Shown: positions 26,147 through 39,830 of the stretch, one piece after another
Layout: every line of letters starts with the position of its first letter
Position numbering within the stretch: position 1 is the stretch's first letter
Assembly: GCF_963921235.1 (NCBI RefSeq)
Contig: NC_086106.1
Coordinates: forward strand, 25,234,001-25,298,000
Length of the DNA stretch: 64,000 nt
Direction: 5' to 3'
Origin: Mobula hypostoma
Taxonomy: Eukaryota
The notes under the pieces: model-generated
What the model was told of the DNA's origin: nothing
Databases searched by the model: none
Seen by the model: only the letters and a program-made list of their open reading frames with translations
Translations under genes and position numbers: made by a program

Positions 26147-26622
26147 ATGGCAAACTGCTTCACGCAGGTCCTCGTTATTTTGCTTCTTCTGGGTAAGATA
26201 TTCCTTCACTATATTATTCCAGACCTTCCTAATTCTCTGTATCCACGTGATTTTCCTCTATATTTGAGTAACATGTTGTTCGAAATAGAGCTTATGATGT
26301 ATTGTTTATTTTACTATTAGACTGGAGCCTTGAAGACTCAGTGGAACAGTCAGAAGTTGCACTGACGTTTGAAGAAGAAAGTAATATTATCCTAAACTGT
26401 ACTTTGCAAACAAGCGATCCATCCCCGTATGTTTTCTGGTACAGGCAACGCACCGGACAGCGACCGCAGTATTTAATTCGGATTTTCGCCGGAAAAGTAT
26501 ACCGAAATGAACATGTAACCGACCGACTATTTGCTTCCTATGATAAAAGTAAAAAATATACTGAACTGTCGATTAACAAAACCGTACTCTCTGACTCGGC
26601 CACATACCTCTGCGCGATGAGC
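26147..26622 (+). CDS. TCR alpha/delta-type V segment V4 (leader 26147-26192, V exon 26321-26622); apparently functional
   Basis: Leader MANCFTQVLVILLLL+G|gtaag; open V exon with all hallmark residues; complete RSS. Confidence 0.95.
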
Positions 26623-26660
26623 CACGGTGCTTAAAAATCCGAATTATTCGAACAAAAACC
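26623..26660 (+). other. RSS of V4
   Basis: CACGGTG + 22 bp + ACAAAAACC. Confidence 0.92.
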
Positions 26661-28006
26661 CACTTTCACAGTTTCGTCGAGAGCTCGATAGAGGGCGAAC
26701 AAATCAAGGCGAACATAAATGTTGACTGAATCCCAAAGGATTAGCCTTATGTTTCATATGATGTAATAACCAGTCTCTCGCACCACTGATATATCCAACT
26801 GACATTGTAAATGGATCCTACTGCTCTTCGATGGTGGATGTAACTGTGAGAAAAATCACTTAAGTGAATCTGATGTGTTACTTATTTTCATTGAATAATC
26901 ACCTTCCACATTTAATGCTGCCACAATCATCAGTGCGGATACATTAATCCACGTAAAGGTTCTTTTGACATAGAAAGGGACCAAACTTTGCAACAAGCTT
27001 GTCCAAATCAACATTATTCTTCGAAACGCTGAAGAAGTTATCGTTTAGTGATATCACTCTGAAGCAATCACGTGGCTTTCGATTTCAACTAAAGGTTTAA
27101 TCGACCTTTGGAAGATTGCTATGCTTTGTGTTGTTGATTCTTTTTATTACCACGTGAGAGGCGTACCTATTTATACGCCAGCGTCCGATTGATCCAGACA
27201 TAAATAAAAGCTAGTTGTAATTGAATTTGCCGAGTTTCATTTTCGAAAGTTACAACTAAAGTTGTTTCCGAGACACAATCCATTGTGTTTACCGACGGAT
27301 TTAATTTAGTTACCATTTTAAAAAAAGGTTAAAGTCGCAATATATTCTGCTGAACATATCTGCAATTCAAAACATTATACAACTGTCAACATGAATGGTG
27401 CTTACTCTCAGAAATTAGGTCACTTGATGCGCAGGTGGAGCTTTGGAGACAATGACCCCTTAGGTTGAGCTTCGGAAACAGTTCTACTTCTACCTTTAAT
27501 ATCTCTAGTTTTCCCTTGCATGGTTCTTTTTTAGACCCTGGCCTGCGATTACTCGCTGTCGTCATTCTTTGCGGGAATGGGTCCGGCTCGCGGGATGGCA
27601 CGACGTTATTCGAGATGCCAAGAAAGCTGCCAAACAGATTAGCATGTCTTCGGATTTTCGGTATTTTATGCCTCTGGAGGTGGGCGTCCTCGAGGTCGTT
27701 GCCAATGCAGGAATTCGCTGTGTCGTGGTGGGTAGAAAATACCTAGCTGTGTGCCAAGAGACCCGAGATCGTTGGGCACAGAGCTCGGAAAATGAGGCGC
27801 AACGGACATTTAACAGTGTAATTCAGTGAGTTATTTGTTATGTCGGTCGTTAAAATAACAGAAATTATTCATTCAGATCACATAATATGAGCTACCAGTT
27901 CCAGACAGTTTAGCAAATTGGTGATTCATCATACAGATAGGCCTGCATTAAGAAACAATGTGATAAAGATGGTGTCCGCTGCAAATCGTACCTGGAGGAA
28001 CTTGCA

Positions 28007-28340
28007 ATGTCTTCCCTTTCCATCAAGAACTTTTTAGTGCTTCTTGCGGCAATTTCACGATTTGGTGAGTAGTCATGATTCTGGAATTGGCGCAGGTTTG
28101 TTTGGGCACTGTAGTGGACTACAGTGGTGTTCAGGACTAGGAAGTACACATCACGTTCGTGCAGCACCATTGCTCGTCAGCGAGGATGCGTTGCTGTTTC
28201 CAATTTGTACAGACGGTGATCTCCGGTTGAGGAGTTCTGATCCAGTTGCAGAGAGAGGAAATGAGACCCAGGTTTTGAGCTTGTTCATTAGAGCTGAGTT
28301 GAGCGGATGGCTGAGCAGAAATGGATCCCTACACTGTTAT
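28007..28340 (+). pseudogene. Decayed plus-strand V pseudogene of a different family
   Basis: Leader MSSLSIKNFLVLLAAISRF+G|gtgagt (28007-28064); 3' end ATGGATCCCTACACTG resembles ATGGAGCCCACACTG of the 52-kb V. Confidence 0.45.
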
Positions 28341-28819
28341 TGTGAATATATACTTAAATGAAAATAGGAAGTCTCCAAGTACACATGGAATGGTTGTCAC
28401 AATTGACTTTTTATTCGTTAGGCGGTTCTGTAATATTTACATTAGGGACAGAGGGTGGTGAATATCATAAACCAATCAAGAAACAATTGCAAATGTGCAA
28501 TCTTTAGAAACATTTAACAGTGTTGCAGTTAAGGAATACAACATTTGAATTTCATATGTTTAAATTTTCTATACAGATGTATTTGAGAATGAACAGAAAA
28601 ACGAGAAGAGCTCAGATTTTGAATGTGTTGATGCCTGGCTTTTTCAATTTGTTTAGCAGTATCTATACCGGAAGATATTCAGGTCGGCCAAGAAGACACA
28701 TAAATACCTGATGGACCTATTGTATTTCCAGCTCTGTAACTTTATATTGGATAATACTTTACGCGGGAAACAAAACACAGCACTCTGTATTACAGCAGAG
28801 CTCGAGCTCGTTTAGCGTA

Positions 28820-29150
28820 CTCAGCAATGTATACCATCATTTGCAAGTGCAATATATCAAATTTCTCAGAAGAAGATAAAACATATCAAGTCTACCATTT
28901 TCAGTGGTCCGCGCGATAACAGAATTAGCTGGAAACGCCCCAACTATCGACTTCCCAGTAACGAGTATCTGCAAATACGGAAAGCTACTGGAAGCTACTA
29001 CACAATATAAACAGTGATAAATTCTCTTAACAATCTGACGAGAGCTTTTCGGCGATCTGAATGAAAAGATCACCATTTACTCCTGCAGATTTGCATACAA
29101 ATCTGGGCTGCTTTCAAGTCTCAAAGTCGTTAACACAAATAATCAACCCG
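28820..29150 (-). pseudogene. Decayed minus-strand V pseudogene
   Basis: ctgcag|GVNGDLFIQ exon start; FYLLLRNL FR3-like segment; multiple stops. Confidence 0.5.
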
Positions 29151-29699
29151 ACCATCTTCACAGTCAATTACTAAGTTATTCTGAGAAAAAAAAAATAAGT
29201 TCACAGATACCAGTGAGAGAAGAAGAAATATTGTGTGCCGAAAGGTTTAGCTCGTTTCAGCTTTCAGCTCCTCGGTAATCTCTGCGTCTCTCATGCCAAT
29301 ATTTCCAGCGTCATTTTCTATTGGTCCTATCTCAACCCTCAACTCTCATTTAACCTTCATATACTTCACACTGCTTTTAGTATCTCAGTCGCCAGCTTCC
29401 TTTCATAATTCATCTTTTCCTTCCTAATGACCTTCTAAGATTCTTTCTGACAGTTTTAAAAAAGGCTGTATATTCCCACTAGATTTGGCTTCCTTTTATA
29501 CCCTCTCTGTTGTTTTTACTATGTCTTTGATTTAATTGTCAGCCACCCTTGTGTCCTTGTCCTATTCGAAAATATCTTCGCATTTGTAATATATCTGTCT
29601 TGCACTTCCCTCTTTATTCTCAGAAACTCCTTCCATGCTGTCTTGCTGTACTTCCAGCTAGAGTCCCTTTCCAGTCAACTTTGGCCAGTCCTACTCTCA

Positions 29700-29960
29700 T
29701 GCCATTGCAATTTCCTTAATTCCTCTGAAATACCGACAATTGGAATTTAGTTTCACCTTTTCAAATTTCAAAGTGAACTCAATCATATTGTGATCACTGT
29801 TCCCTAAGGGTCCTTAACCTTAAGCTCTCTTATCACCTCCGGATCATTGCACAACATCCAATCCAGCACAGCCGATCCCCTAGTAGGCTCAACAACAAGC
29901 TCTTTTAAAAAGCCATCCCTTACTTTTCTACAAATTCTCTCTCTTGAGGTCCGGTACTGG
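29700..29960 (-). mobile_element. CR1-type LINE fragment
   Basis: FLKELVVEPTRGSAVLDWMLCN endonuclease C-terminal motif. Confidence 0.75.
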
Positions 29961-31039
29961 AAAGTTTTTTTTTTTCCCAATCCACTTTCATGTAAAAATC
30001 CTCGATGATTGTCATGACATAGGCACTTTGACACGCCTTTTTGTCGCCTGTGCTAAATTATTGTGTCATACCATCAGTACCCGTCTCTGTCTATCCAGCA
30101 CAGTTCTGCATGGAGCCTTCTCCAAATTCCAACTTCCTGATTGTCTGGCACTTTATTCTAAATTGAGCATTAAACCCTTATCTTTATCTTTAATCCAAGG
30201 AGCTGCTACAGAAAACATACCTTACAGCCATCACAGTAAAAAAAAATCTTAACCGGGGCGTTACGTTCATCCCCTCGAAATATGTTCATGTCATCATGAC
30301 TTTGGATCTTTAACTTTTATCTTCTATGTAAGTTACGCCGCTGAGTATTTCTGGGCCACGACGTGCAATAAAGCATCTTCAATAATACGTTGACCTTTCA
30401 CCCAAATGACATCAGGCGGAATACCTTCCACTAATTCTACAGTAAAAACCCAAACCTTCGTAAGAAGAGCTGTCCATTCTCCAACTCTGCGTCACCTAAT
30501 CCCGAAAACACCATCTCTTCATTACCATGTTTCCAGCCTTCGAATAAATTGCTTCTATAATCGTATGATAGCGCATTATAATCGTCGGGGGGGGGGGGGG
30601 ACGGTTGTGGGGCTGTTTGGTTATATTTAATTTCCAATTTATTTACTGCTAAAATGCTGCTGCCGGTGTATGGAAATTGATGCGCGACATAATAGGAGGT
30701 ATAACCGAATACCTCAATGAGGAGTCGAACCTATTAAGCGTGGTGAAACGAGCAATTAATTTGAAAGCAGACGCTGATGTGGCAGATACAATAATCTCTC
30801 AGGACGGAGAAAATCATTGTTGGACTCTGAGGTGACGCAACATTTCTGCAGACAGAAATGAGGTTTAGTGTTTGAATGTATTCCAGTCCTGGTTTTGTAA
30901 TATTATTTTGTAATATTCCGAGGATATGAATATCGACGGTGAAGAGGGCATATTCCTGTTGCAGCGATTCTACTTTAGGTTTTATCACTTTGCTATGTTG
31001 TAAAATCAGCATCGTATTATTTCAGTCTAAAGTTATACG

Positions 31040-31240
31040 GTGCAGCATAAATATATGTTGGTAGGCAGAGTGGATGGTGTGGCCTTGTGTTTAACAAATA
31101 ATATTAAATCATTAGATAGGGATGACGTCGGACCGGAATGTGTAGAGTCTAAATGGTTTAAGTTAAGACATGGCAAGGGTAAAAGGGCCATAAACGCAGT
31201 TCTATACAGGCCTCAAACCAGCAGCCGGTATGTGGATTAT
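31040..31240 (+). mobile_element. CR1-type LINE endonuclease fragment
   Basis: GVALCL..VESKWFKL..VLYRP. Confidence 0.65.
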
Positions 31241-31869
31241 GAATTACAGGTATGTCGCTGCGGGGATAGATGTAGCAGTCCGTTTCCCCACTACGTCGTG
31301 TGCTAGCTGATTTGGGGGTTTTCTGAATCTTTGAAACATTCATACGTCATCCTCATCTTTTTCAGACTACTGGTGTCCTTATGACATTTCTACTTGTGGA
31401 ACCCGCCCCCACCCACCCCCGCCTTTGTTAGTTGCTTGTGCATTCTTGTAACTCAGTTCCACCGGCACCTGACTGAGTTTAGTTTTATCCCGAATTACAT
31501 TGGAGGTCAGATGTCCTTCAGTGTCCAGCATCACGTCTGCCTGTCCACTGTTAGACCCCACAAACAAACTCCCTCCAGACAGAGTTCACAGGGTTACTCG
31601 TTAGAGGAACGGGATTGGCCACATTGAGGGCAAAGAACCAGTAACTGCCAGTCATCTACGATCATGTTGGGCGCCTGGAATGGCGTCGCAGAGAATTTCA
31701 TTATAAGCCTGCATGGCCGGAGAGGAGATAGGATTGTGTTCACTTGAAGTACCTCGAAGCGGACGACCGCCGTTACAGACAACTACTGTCAAATCTGCAG
31801 GCCGGAGCAGGCTGGTGCTGTGAGGCCGTTCGCGTCTGCTTGGATTGTATTGCCCCCCCCCCACCCCCC

Positions 31870-34800
31870 GCGTAGCAGACCTAATTATCTACAAGGTAGA
31901 AACGAGAAAAAAGTCTGCAGATACTGGAAAAGCAAATAAAATATACAAAAACTGGAGGAACTCAGCTGGACAGGCAGCAACTAAGGATAAAAGTTCAGTC
32001 AGACCGACAGCATTCAGCAGGGCTGGAGGAATAAATATGAGTGGTATATTTAAATGGTGGAGGAAGAGGAGGGAAAAAGCAAGGTGATAGGCGACACAGG
32101 GAGGAGGAGGGCTGAAGTTAAGATTGGAATTTAATTAGTGAAAAGGAGAGGAAGGACTCTGATCGGAGAGGACAGGGTTCCATGGAACAAAATGGGGAAG
32201 AGCACCAAAGGGAGGTAATGGGCAGACAGGGAGATAAGATGATAGCGGGAAAAGGAGATGGCGAATGGTGAAGGAGAGGGGGAGGGGTACACAACCGAAG
32301 TTCGTGAAATCTATGTTCATATAATAAATTTGGAGGAAACCGGAATATACGATGCTGTTGCTCCAACCTGAATGTGACCTCATCACGACAGTAGAGGAAG
32401 CCACAAATTAACATATTGGACTCATATTAGGAGGTGAAATTAAAATAGGTGGACTTTGGAAGATCCATGTTTAATTTTGACGGATGAAGCGCAGGTACAT
32501 GGGACACTCCGGGAGCACGGACGCTGTAGATGACCCCAGTAAACTCACAGGTGAATTGTCGCCTCACCTGAACGGACTGTTTGCGGCCGTGGATGGTAGT
32601 GAGGAAGAAGCATTAGTATCAGGTGCGGTTTCGCTTGTAAGGTGATGCGCCAGAAAGGAGATCACTGGCGATGAACGAATAGCTCACGTGGGAGGGGAGT
32701 GGATCGCAAAATATGTTTGATGGTGGTAAACCGTCGGAGATGAAGGATAATCGGGAGATACGGAGGTTGAAGGGGCGGCAGCTGAGGATAAGGGGGACGA
32801 TGGCACGAAACTCGCCATCCTAAGATTAGTTATGGCGGAGAAGCAGGGATTATGAACATAGGAAGAAGATTTTGCCAGTCACGGAGTGGGAAGCGGTATA
32901 GTCTGGTTAGCTGTGAGTGTCTGTGTGATTATAACAGACTTTAGTGGATAAGGTGGTTCCAGACATATAGACAGAGGGAACGAGGAAGGGGAGGAAAAGG
33001 ACCTGGTAAATTTGAGGACAAAGTCGAAGTTGGAGGCCAGGTTGATGACGTCGACGAGTTCCACATGGGTGCAGGAAGCTGTGGAGACAGCATAAACCTG
33101 TGGAGACGGACAACAGTATAGGCTCCACGTAGCCAACAAAAATGGACGCATAGGTGGGACCATGCACGTGCCCATGTCACACCTTCTGTTTGAAAGAAGT
33201 GGGAGGAGAGAAAGGAGAAATCATTAAGAGTGATGACGTTGCGCTCGTCAGAGGAGAGTGGTGGTGGAAGAAACTGGTTAGGTCTGGTGTCCATAAAGAA
33301 AGAGAGAGCTTTGAGGACTTTCTGCAGGGAAATTGAGGTGTATAGGGACTCGAAATAAATAGTGTAAATAAGATGATAGGGGCATCGTAACTTGCAATCC
33401 TGGAAAAGATCCGGAGCGTGTGAAGCATCACGAATGTGGCTAGGAAGACACTGAACAAGGGGTAATGAAGCAGAGTCGTGAAGTCCAGATATCAGTTTAA
33501 TGGACATGAACAAGCAGAAACATGGAAAAGCAGATCTGTGAATCTTGAGTCGGAGCTCGCATCCGGAGGTGCTGGGAACGGGCACTATGAAGTTAGGAGG
33601 TAGCTAAAGAGGTGCGGGACCCAGGAACTATCAGGTGTTAGGAGGTAGAAACGGAAGTTGATTTTCTGAGTGAGTTGAGATCGGTAGCAGTTTGACTGTC
33701 GTTTCTCCAGAAACCGGCGGCTGAATTTAGAGTCGCCCAAAAACCGCTGTAGCTGTTTCATGGAGAGTGAAAACGCGTATCCAGCGATAGTTCGCACTGT
33801 CACTCGTCCAATGGCTATGATTTTTGTGGAAGTACGTAATATAGAAATAAAGTGATAGATCGGCGACTGGTATTTTTTTAACGTGCAATATAACTGTTTT
33901 CATCGGAAACCTCGAAATAATGTAGGGCCGTGGCAGATATGGTATATGGTCCTTGGATGATTGGAATATATACTCGACGTAGATGAAAATATACCTGTGT
34001 AACATGCCCTGCCGATCTCGTTAATGAACGCTCGGAACACGGCTGGATTCGTAGTGGCTGGTGGTATTATCAAACACGTCTTCCAATTATCTCTCTAGTG
34101 GATGTGTGAAAGGTCGCACGCGCTCTGAAGATCCAGTCTGATGAAGATCTGGACTGCTTGGGGTGGTTTGAATGTGCTCCCCCATCGGAAGATGGTAGCA
34201 GATATTGAAGCTGGCTTTGTTGAGTCCAGGGTCGGCGATATCGAAACAGGGACGAAGAGCCCCATCTCTCACTTTAACAAACGTGATTCTGCACCGTCTG
34301 TGGATGGGATGATCGAATGATGTAGTGCATCGGCGATGTAATCATTCATGGCTCGGGTCTCAGAAGAGGGCAGGGAGAACAGACGACCGAACGAGGAAAG
34401 ACTCCTCGCTGGATGTCAATCGTGAGGTTGTGAGGCGGCAGGGTCCTGGTTTCAATTTTACCGAAGGCGATGGTTTTGTGGCATTTCCGTGGGCGCATTT
34501 CGAGGTCTAGACTGGTAGGTTATTATCCTACTTAGCGCGGGCAAGGTCTAAGCTCGCCCAGTCAGGAGAGAGATAATGAGGGTAATCTACTTTCGGAAGC
34601 ATGCATGGTTGAGGTTCTTATTGCAAGGTGCAGTGGAGCGAGAAATTGTGGGATCAGGTTGGGGAACCGTCGAACGTATGGGCACCAGAATCTTGAGCTT
34701 TCAGGGAGGATGTTGACTGACGCAGGTTTGCTCTATCAATAGTTTCCTTCTGGTTGCTGATGCTACTGTTGTGTCTGCAGACGACTCCTTAAAGCGAGGA

Positions 34801-34900
34801 TACTCAAACAGCTGATGAGTGTAGCCGATTTAGCAGGTAACGAACTATTTTACTAACAAACTACAAAGTAATAAGCCGCGAGGGGCCAGGAAAAAAAGAG
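31870..34900 (-). mobile_element. Long decayed Penelope-like element (RT and GIY-YIG)
   Basis: ESLYTSI, QTEGVT/MGPTYASIFVGY RT motifs; DEVTFRLEQQHRIFR endonuclease C-terminus; boundaries approximate. Confidence 0.8.
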
Positions 34901-35422
34901 AACGGGAACTTAACACGACAAATAAACATAGTAACTGAAGGCAAGTTCTAAGTTCAAAGTAACATTTACATATCCGAGTAACTATATGTCCCGACAAACA
35001 ACCTTGAGATTCTTTTTTTTTTGGTGGAAATATTTAACACATCTATAGACTTGAACAATAAACAGCTACTTCTGCAAATGCGGATAACAGTAAATAACGA
35101 GCATGAAATAACAAGATAATAAAGTCTTTAAAATGTGTAGTTATATTCTTTTATTCAAGAGCCTGATAGTTGATGGGTATTAACTTTTCTTAAACCTGGT
35201 GGTGCGAGCCCTGAGGTATCAGTTCCTTCTACCTGAGGGCAGCATCGAGAAATGCTCATGGCCTCGAAAACAGAGAAGTGTCTTTCGTGTTCTTTCTCAC
35301 TCTCTCGCGATCCACTGTCCCTATTTGTTTTCACACATATGCAGATAAACACAATTAAACATACGCCCACAATCAAACACATATACACAGAAAGGCGCAC
35401 AGACACAGGAAAACACACCTGC

Positions 35423-35429
35423 ACGCGCG

Positions 35430-35472
<43 letters not shown>
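35423..35472. repeat. (CG)n(CA)n compound microsatellite
   Basis: Read directly from sequence. Confidence 0.95.
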
Positions 35473-35474
<2 letters not shown>

Positions 35475-36009
35475 ACTAGGTTAACTTCAGTAACTAGAAG
35501 TCCAGCAAAAAGAGGAATAAATAGATGACATATCAGCTAATCAACCTACAGCTTTTAGGCTCTGCACTGTGATTTGGGTGATTATCCTATTCTCTGCCCG
35601 TCCCTGTACATCCAGTAGCCGTCAGAACTTGAGACCCTAAACAGATCGGTTGCTGGAAATGCGGTAGAACAACATAAAATATGAGGAATGCTTGGCAGGG
35701 AACGCATCCCGCGAAGAGAACAAAGGATTCAATGTCACTGGAAAGAAAACAGAAACTTGGCCAGCCGGGCTCATCCATTCTTACTTGCGAACTCTCTGAT
35801 GCTGAGGAAGTAAAGACGCCTACCATAGCTTTCTGAACAGAATGTGACTGCTGCAAACTCCAACATGGTTATTCAATGGCAATAGTCTGAAGGGCAAGCC
35901 AATCGAATAGATCAAGAAGGGTGAATTGTCTGAAACTGGAAACGGCCGGACAGCGAAAGCCGCCCTTCAGAATCTGCCTTCGCCATTTCTACTTGGATCC
36001 AAGGTCAAA

Positions 36010-36143
36010 ATGTAACATTGGGGGTATGGAGGGAAGGCTGGGTTCTGAGTTGGATGATCAGCCATGATCATAATAAATGGCGGTGCAGGCTCGAAGGGCC
36101 GAATGGCCTACTCCTGCACCTATTTTCTATGTTTCTATGTTTC
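36010..36143 (+). mobile_element. HER1-like LINE or partner-SINE 3' end (another at ~51690-51876)
   Basis: GATCAGCCATGATC..GGGCCGAATGGCCTACTCCTGCACC plus (TTCTATGT)n tail, same as the end of the 53937 LINE. Confidence 0.8.
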
Positions 36144-36483
36144 TATAACCATTTCTGAGAACTCAATGGGAGGTAGCAGTCCAGAAAAGGGGCGGTGTCC
36201 CAGCAAGAGGTTTAGGAATGTTTACAGAATATTTGGACATTACATTCAGTGGGGTATGCAGCAACGTTTTATGTGAAGCCGCGCACCAAAATTTCACACA
36301 CATAGTTCATTACATTTCTTATGATCCCTTTAGGTATCTTATCACCAGAAGAATTTCAAGAAACATCATTAAATCTTCTGGGATTCCACTAAAGTGCATT
36401 TTCAATTCGGAGATCATCTAATCCCACTGGTTGTTTTCCATAAGTGTTCCAATCCCATATGTATGACAAGAGATGGTTTCCGG

Positions 36484-36532
36484 TATATATATATATATAT
36501 ATATATATATCTATATATATATATGTGTGTGT
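36484..36532. repeat. (TA)n(TG)n microsatellite
   Basis: Read directly from sequence. Confidence 0.9.
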
Positions 36533-36887
36533 GCGGTAATCATTAATATGACACGATATCGAAAGATTTGTTGAAATGTGTCGTAGCTGTATCTTTTTTA
36601 TATCTTCACTGGTGCATAATCAAATAGCTATAGTAAAATATTAACGTCAATTAATATTCCTGAATCTTGAGTGGATTTTTTCTTTTCAGGAATAGTCGAC
36701 TGCTAAACTGGCCCAAGTGGAACTCATTGATTTATTTGAACATCTTTTCCAGTTTCCGCACAAGGCGACCTCAATAGTGAATGCTCATCGCAACGCCCAG
36801 TGCACGAACAAAGTCAACAATTATGGCCGGATTACAGCCAAACTACTTCCAAACAGTTACTACCAAATAACCATCATTGGTCAATAA

Positions 36888-37263
36888 TATCGTGGGCTTC
36901 ATTGTCTGGACATAAAAAGTGCAGCACGGGAGCATTTGGTATATTTAAAACAGCCGTTTAACTTGTATTTTGTAAATCAGCAGCAAACCTCATCGGACAT
37001 TATGGACGCAGTACTCCAAGGTTAAAAACCTTCAATAAATATTTTAAAAAGATTGCATGCGACAGGTCAGTGTTGCTATTTGTTATGGCATTAATTTCGG
37101 AGACTTGAAGCCCACTTACTCTTTCCCACTTTTTCCAGAAATAAAGTACAGAACATATAAACAAAGTTGCTTTGAGGTGAACCCACTGGACATATTGGAG
37201 TTGTTTTACCGAGGACTCACAGTAAAATAGCAAAAAATAATCAGTGCAGAAGAGAAAAAGCAT
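36888..37263 (-). pseudogene. V pseudogene of the minus-strand family
   Basis: Leader MLFLFCTDYFLLFYCESS|gtaaaa; LKYLLKVFNLGVLRP*CPMRFAADLQN aligns to LQYLLRLRNTGMDRSAECPQRFTGALQK of the 52-kb V; ends ATGAAGCC-CACGATA. Confidence 0.65.
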
Positions 37264-37799
37264 ATGGCGTCAAGTTGTGGAATTCAGCTAAATTCAGAGG
37301 CCCTCGTTGATAATCCCAGCTGATCTACACTTGCTTGAAAATTAAGAAGAATGTGGCGTTACCCTGCCAAGATGACAGGATGGAAGATTTCCTTCCCCGC
37401 ATGTTCTTTGTGCTAAATATTTTCTTTCGTATCTAGATTAGCTAACAAAATGACGACGCGGAAGTTGTGCTGCACATGTTCCAAAATATCATTTTCATTG
37501 CTTTGCAATTCTGAATTTCTGCCATGATTCCCTCCGTTAACGCGCATTTGTTATGCTCATCATGGGTCTTTTCCTTGTCTTCAATACAAATTATGTGCAG
37601 TTGAGGGAGCAGTATGGAATCCTGTGGCAATCAACCAGTTATGCAATGTGAAAACGAAGGCCAGGCATTCATTTCTGACATGTTTACCTTATGGAAGTGA
37701 TACAAACAGCTTTGATTGCCAAAGGACACTATATCTGATTGATTTTTCCTTTCTGATCGTTGTTACTGTGAAAAGTTATCGAACGATTATTTAGAAACA

Positions 37800-38030
37800 T
37801 GCAGATGCTACACCTCTAAGTTTTACTTCATCCTCGCAAACACGAGGAAATTTGCAGATGCTGGAACTTCATGCAACACACATACAAAATTGCTGGTGAA
37901 CGCAGCAGGCCAGGCAGCATCTATAAGAAGAGGTATAGTCGACGTTTCGGGCCGAAACCCTTCGTCAGGGCTATCTGAAAGAAGAGATAGTAAGAGATTT
38001 GAAAGTGGGAGGGGGAGAGGAGATCCTATT
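37800..38030 (-). mobile_element. Penelope terminal (pseudo-LTR) fragment
   Basis: Similar to 2513-2660; includes the hammerhead motif. Confidence 0.75.
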
Positions 38031-39199
38031 ATTACGGATGTTGTTCTCAGCACATAGTGAATAAATTGCTGCTGCAGTCCCACTTGCTTCCTTCCCCTCA
38101 CCCTAAAACTATGCCCTCGAATCTTAGATTCCCCTCACTTGGGGTGATTACTGTTGCCATTCATCCTATCCAAGCTGATCATCATTTTATAAATCTTCAT
38201 AAGATCACCTCTCTCAATCTTACAGTCAAGAAAATGAAGAGCTTGTCTGTCCAACAACTCAATATTATTTCGGCTCTCAAGGTCTGGCAACACTCCTCGC
38301 AATGTCCTTCTGCCCTCTCTCCAATTTGACCACGATGTGTTCTTCCTCAAACGGTAATAGAGTAGGTTCCTGCATCAAGGGGCAGAATGACCGGTGCATA
38401 TTGTGAGCAAGCTGCACATAAATTGGTCATCTTCACAGACAGTCAGCAGTCAGTACACCCATATAATCAGTAAGCAACAAAGGGAGTCAGAGTTGCTGGC
38501 TTCCGAATCGATCGAAATTCACAGAGCTTTCAAGAAGTTAACAACGCTTGACGGCAACTGTATATTGAGATCAGATCAGTCGGGCATGGTGTAAAGTCGA
38601 ATCGAAGTTCTGTGTAAGGATAGGTTGATAAACCACAGCTGGGAATATAGATGCTTGTGTCGAGATGTCATCATGTTGAATCACCTCTCTTCCTGTTTAT
38701 CCTTCACTATTTAGTCAATTATTTCTCTCGCTCTCTCACTCACACAAACACACCTCGCTTTCTCTCTCATACAGCCACACACATGCAATCATGCACGAGC
38801 GCACTCATGCGTCGCCCTTGCTTTTGGCCATGTTCTATATACTTCCTGTTTCCCACGACTCTTCTTTCCGAGCAACAACTCCACCCAATTCATAGACTTA
38901 TTCCTTTATCCTTTACACTATCATTCTCCCTGCCTTTCTTGGTAAAGCAACTTCTGGCATATTCTCGAATAAATTACTGATCTAAACTCTCGTATAATCT
39001 TTCTTTCACATTATTAATTCCCATTTCTCATTGGCCAACCGAATCCATGAGAGCAATTGTATCCACATGTTTGTCCCTACTTGCTGCGTTATTTATATGA
39101 TATCTTTAACCTTCGTCCCTTCATATAGCTATTTTTGGTGTTCATTAATTACAATATTATGGTGGTTTCAGCCACGGCCTGTAGGCTGTGCCAGCGAGC

Positions 39200-39830
39200 T
39201 GGCGGCGGCGCGTTCTCGATAAGCCCTCGAGCTTTCTCACCACGGCCGAGGGCATCCCAAAATGTTTTTTTCTTTTGTGTGTGGCAGGGGCTTAAGAATG
39301 ACTTCACTGGTTGGGCTAGTACTTGTTTGACATGTCCACGCACGAAGGTGCCCCGACACGGTAAGACTCCTTTGGCACCTTTCACGGTCTATGAGCGGAA
39401 TTTCGACCACTTGAATGTAGATTTCGGTGGCTTTCTGATTGCATCCCGTGGGTTTACTCACCTCTTCACCATCATTGATAGTACCACACGTTGGCCGGAG
39501 TCAGTGTCGCTGTTGTCCATTTCAGACGGGGAGATGGCGTATGTTCCCTGCCCCGTGAATCGCTCAGTTCGACGTCCCTTTGGATATCACTTTATCACGA
39601 TTTGCGTCCGAGCTTTGGCGTGCGGTTGCCCGTGATCTGGGAGTCATATCACCGGATCACGGTTTATCACCCTCAGGCAAACAGCCTGTGCGAGAGGTTC
39701 CAGTATTCAATGAATGCTGCTCTCCGTGCATAGGTTACTGACGGTTGTTGGGTGAACAGGCTGCCATGGGTCATGCTGGGTCTGAGGACGGCCGCTGAGG
39801 CGAAATTTCAGTTCTGTACTGACATTCTTC
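39200..39830 (+). mobile_element. Gypsy integrase remnant
   Basis: CLTCPRTKV..FDHLNVD..HLFTIIDSTTRWPE..VYHPQANSLCERF. Confidence 0.85.

Larger units (their letters stand above)
1..27845. repeat. Tandem segmental duplication: four 7-9 kb units, each with one plus-strand TCR V (unit 3 breaks off at ~19250; unit 4 spans ~22950-27845)
   Basis: Collinear near-identical blocks; RSS heptamers at 2078, 10504, 17707, 26623; shared LTR, SINE and LINE insertions at matching positions. Confidence 0.9.

Noticed and set aside
30734-31012. Possible V remnant (PGLEYIQ, LRDYC)
   Set aside because: No leader, acceptor or RSS support; similarity too weak.
37300-37590. Possible additional minus-strand V remnant (NCK..IFWNM)
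   Set aside because: Suggestive, but needs several frameshifts and has no RSS; not supportable without a profile search.
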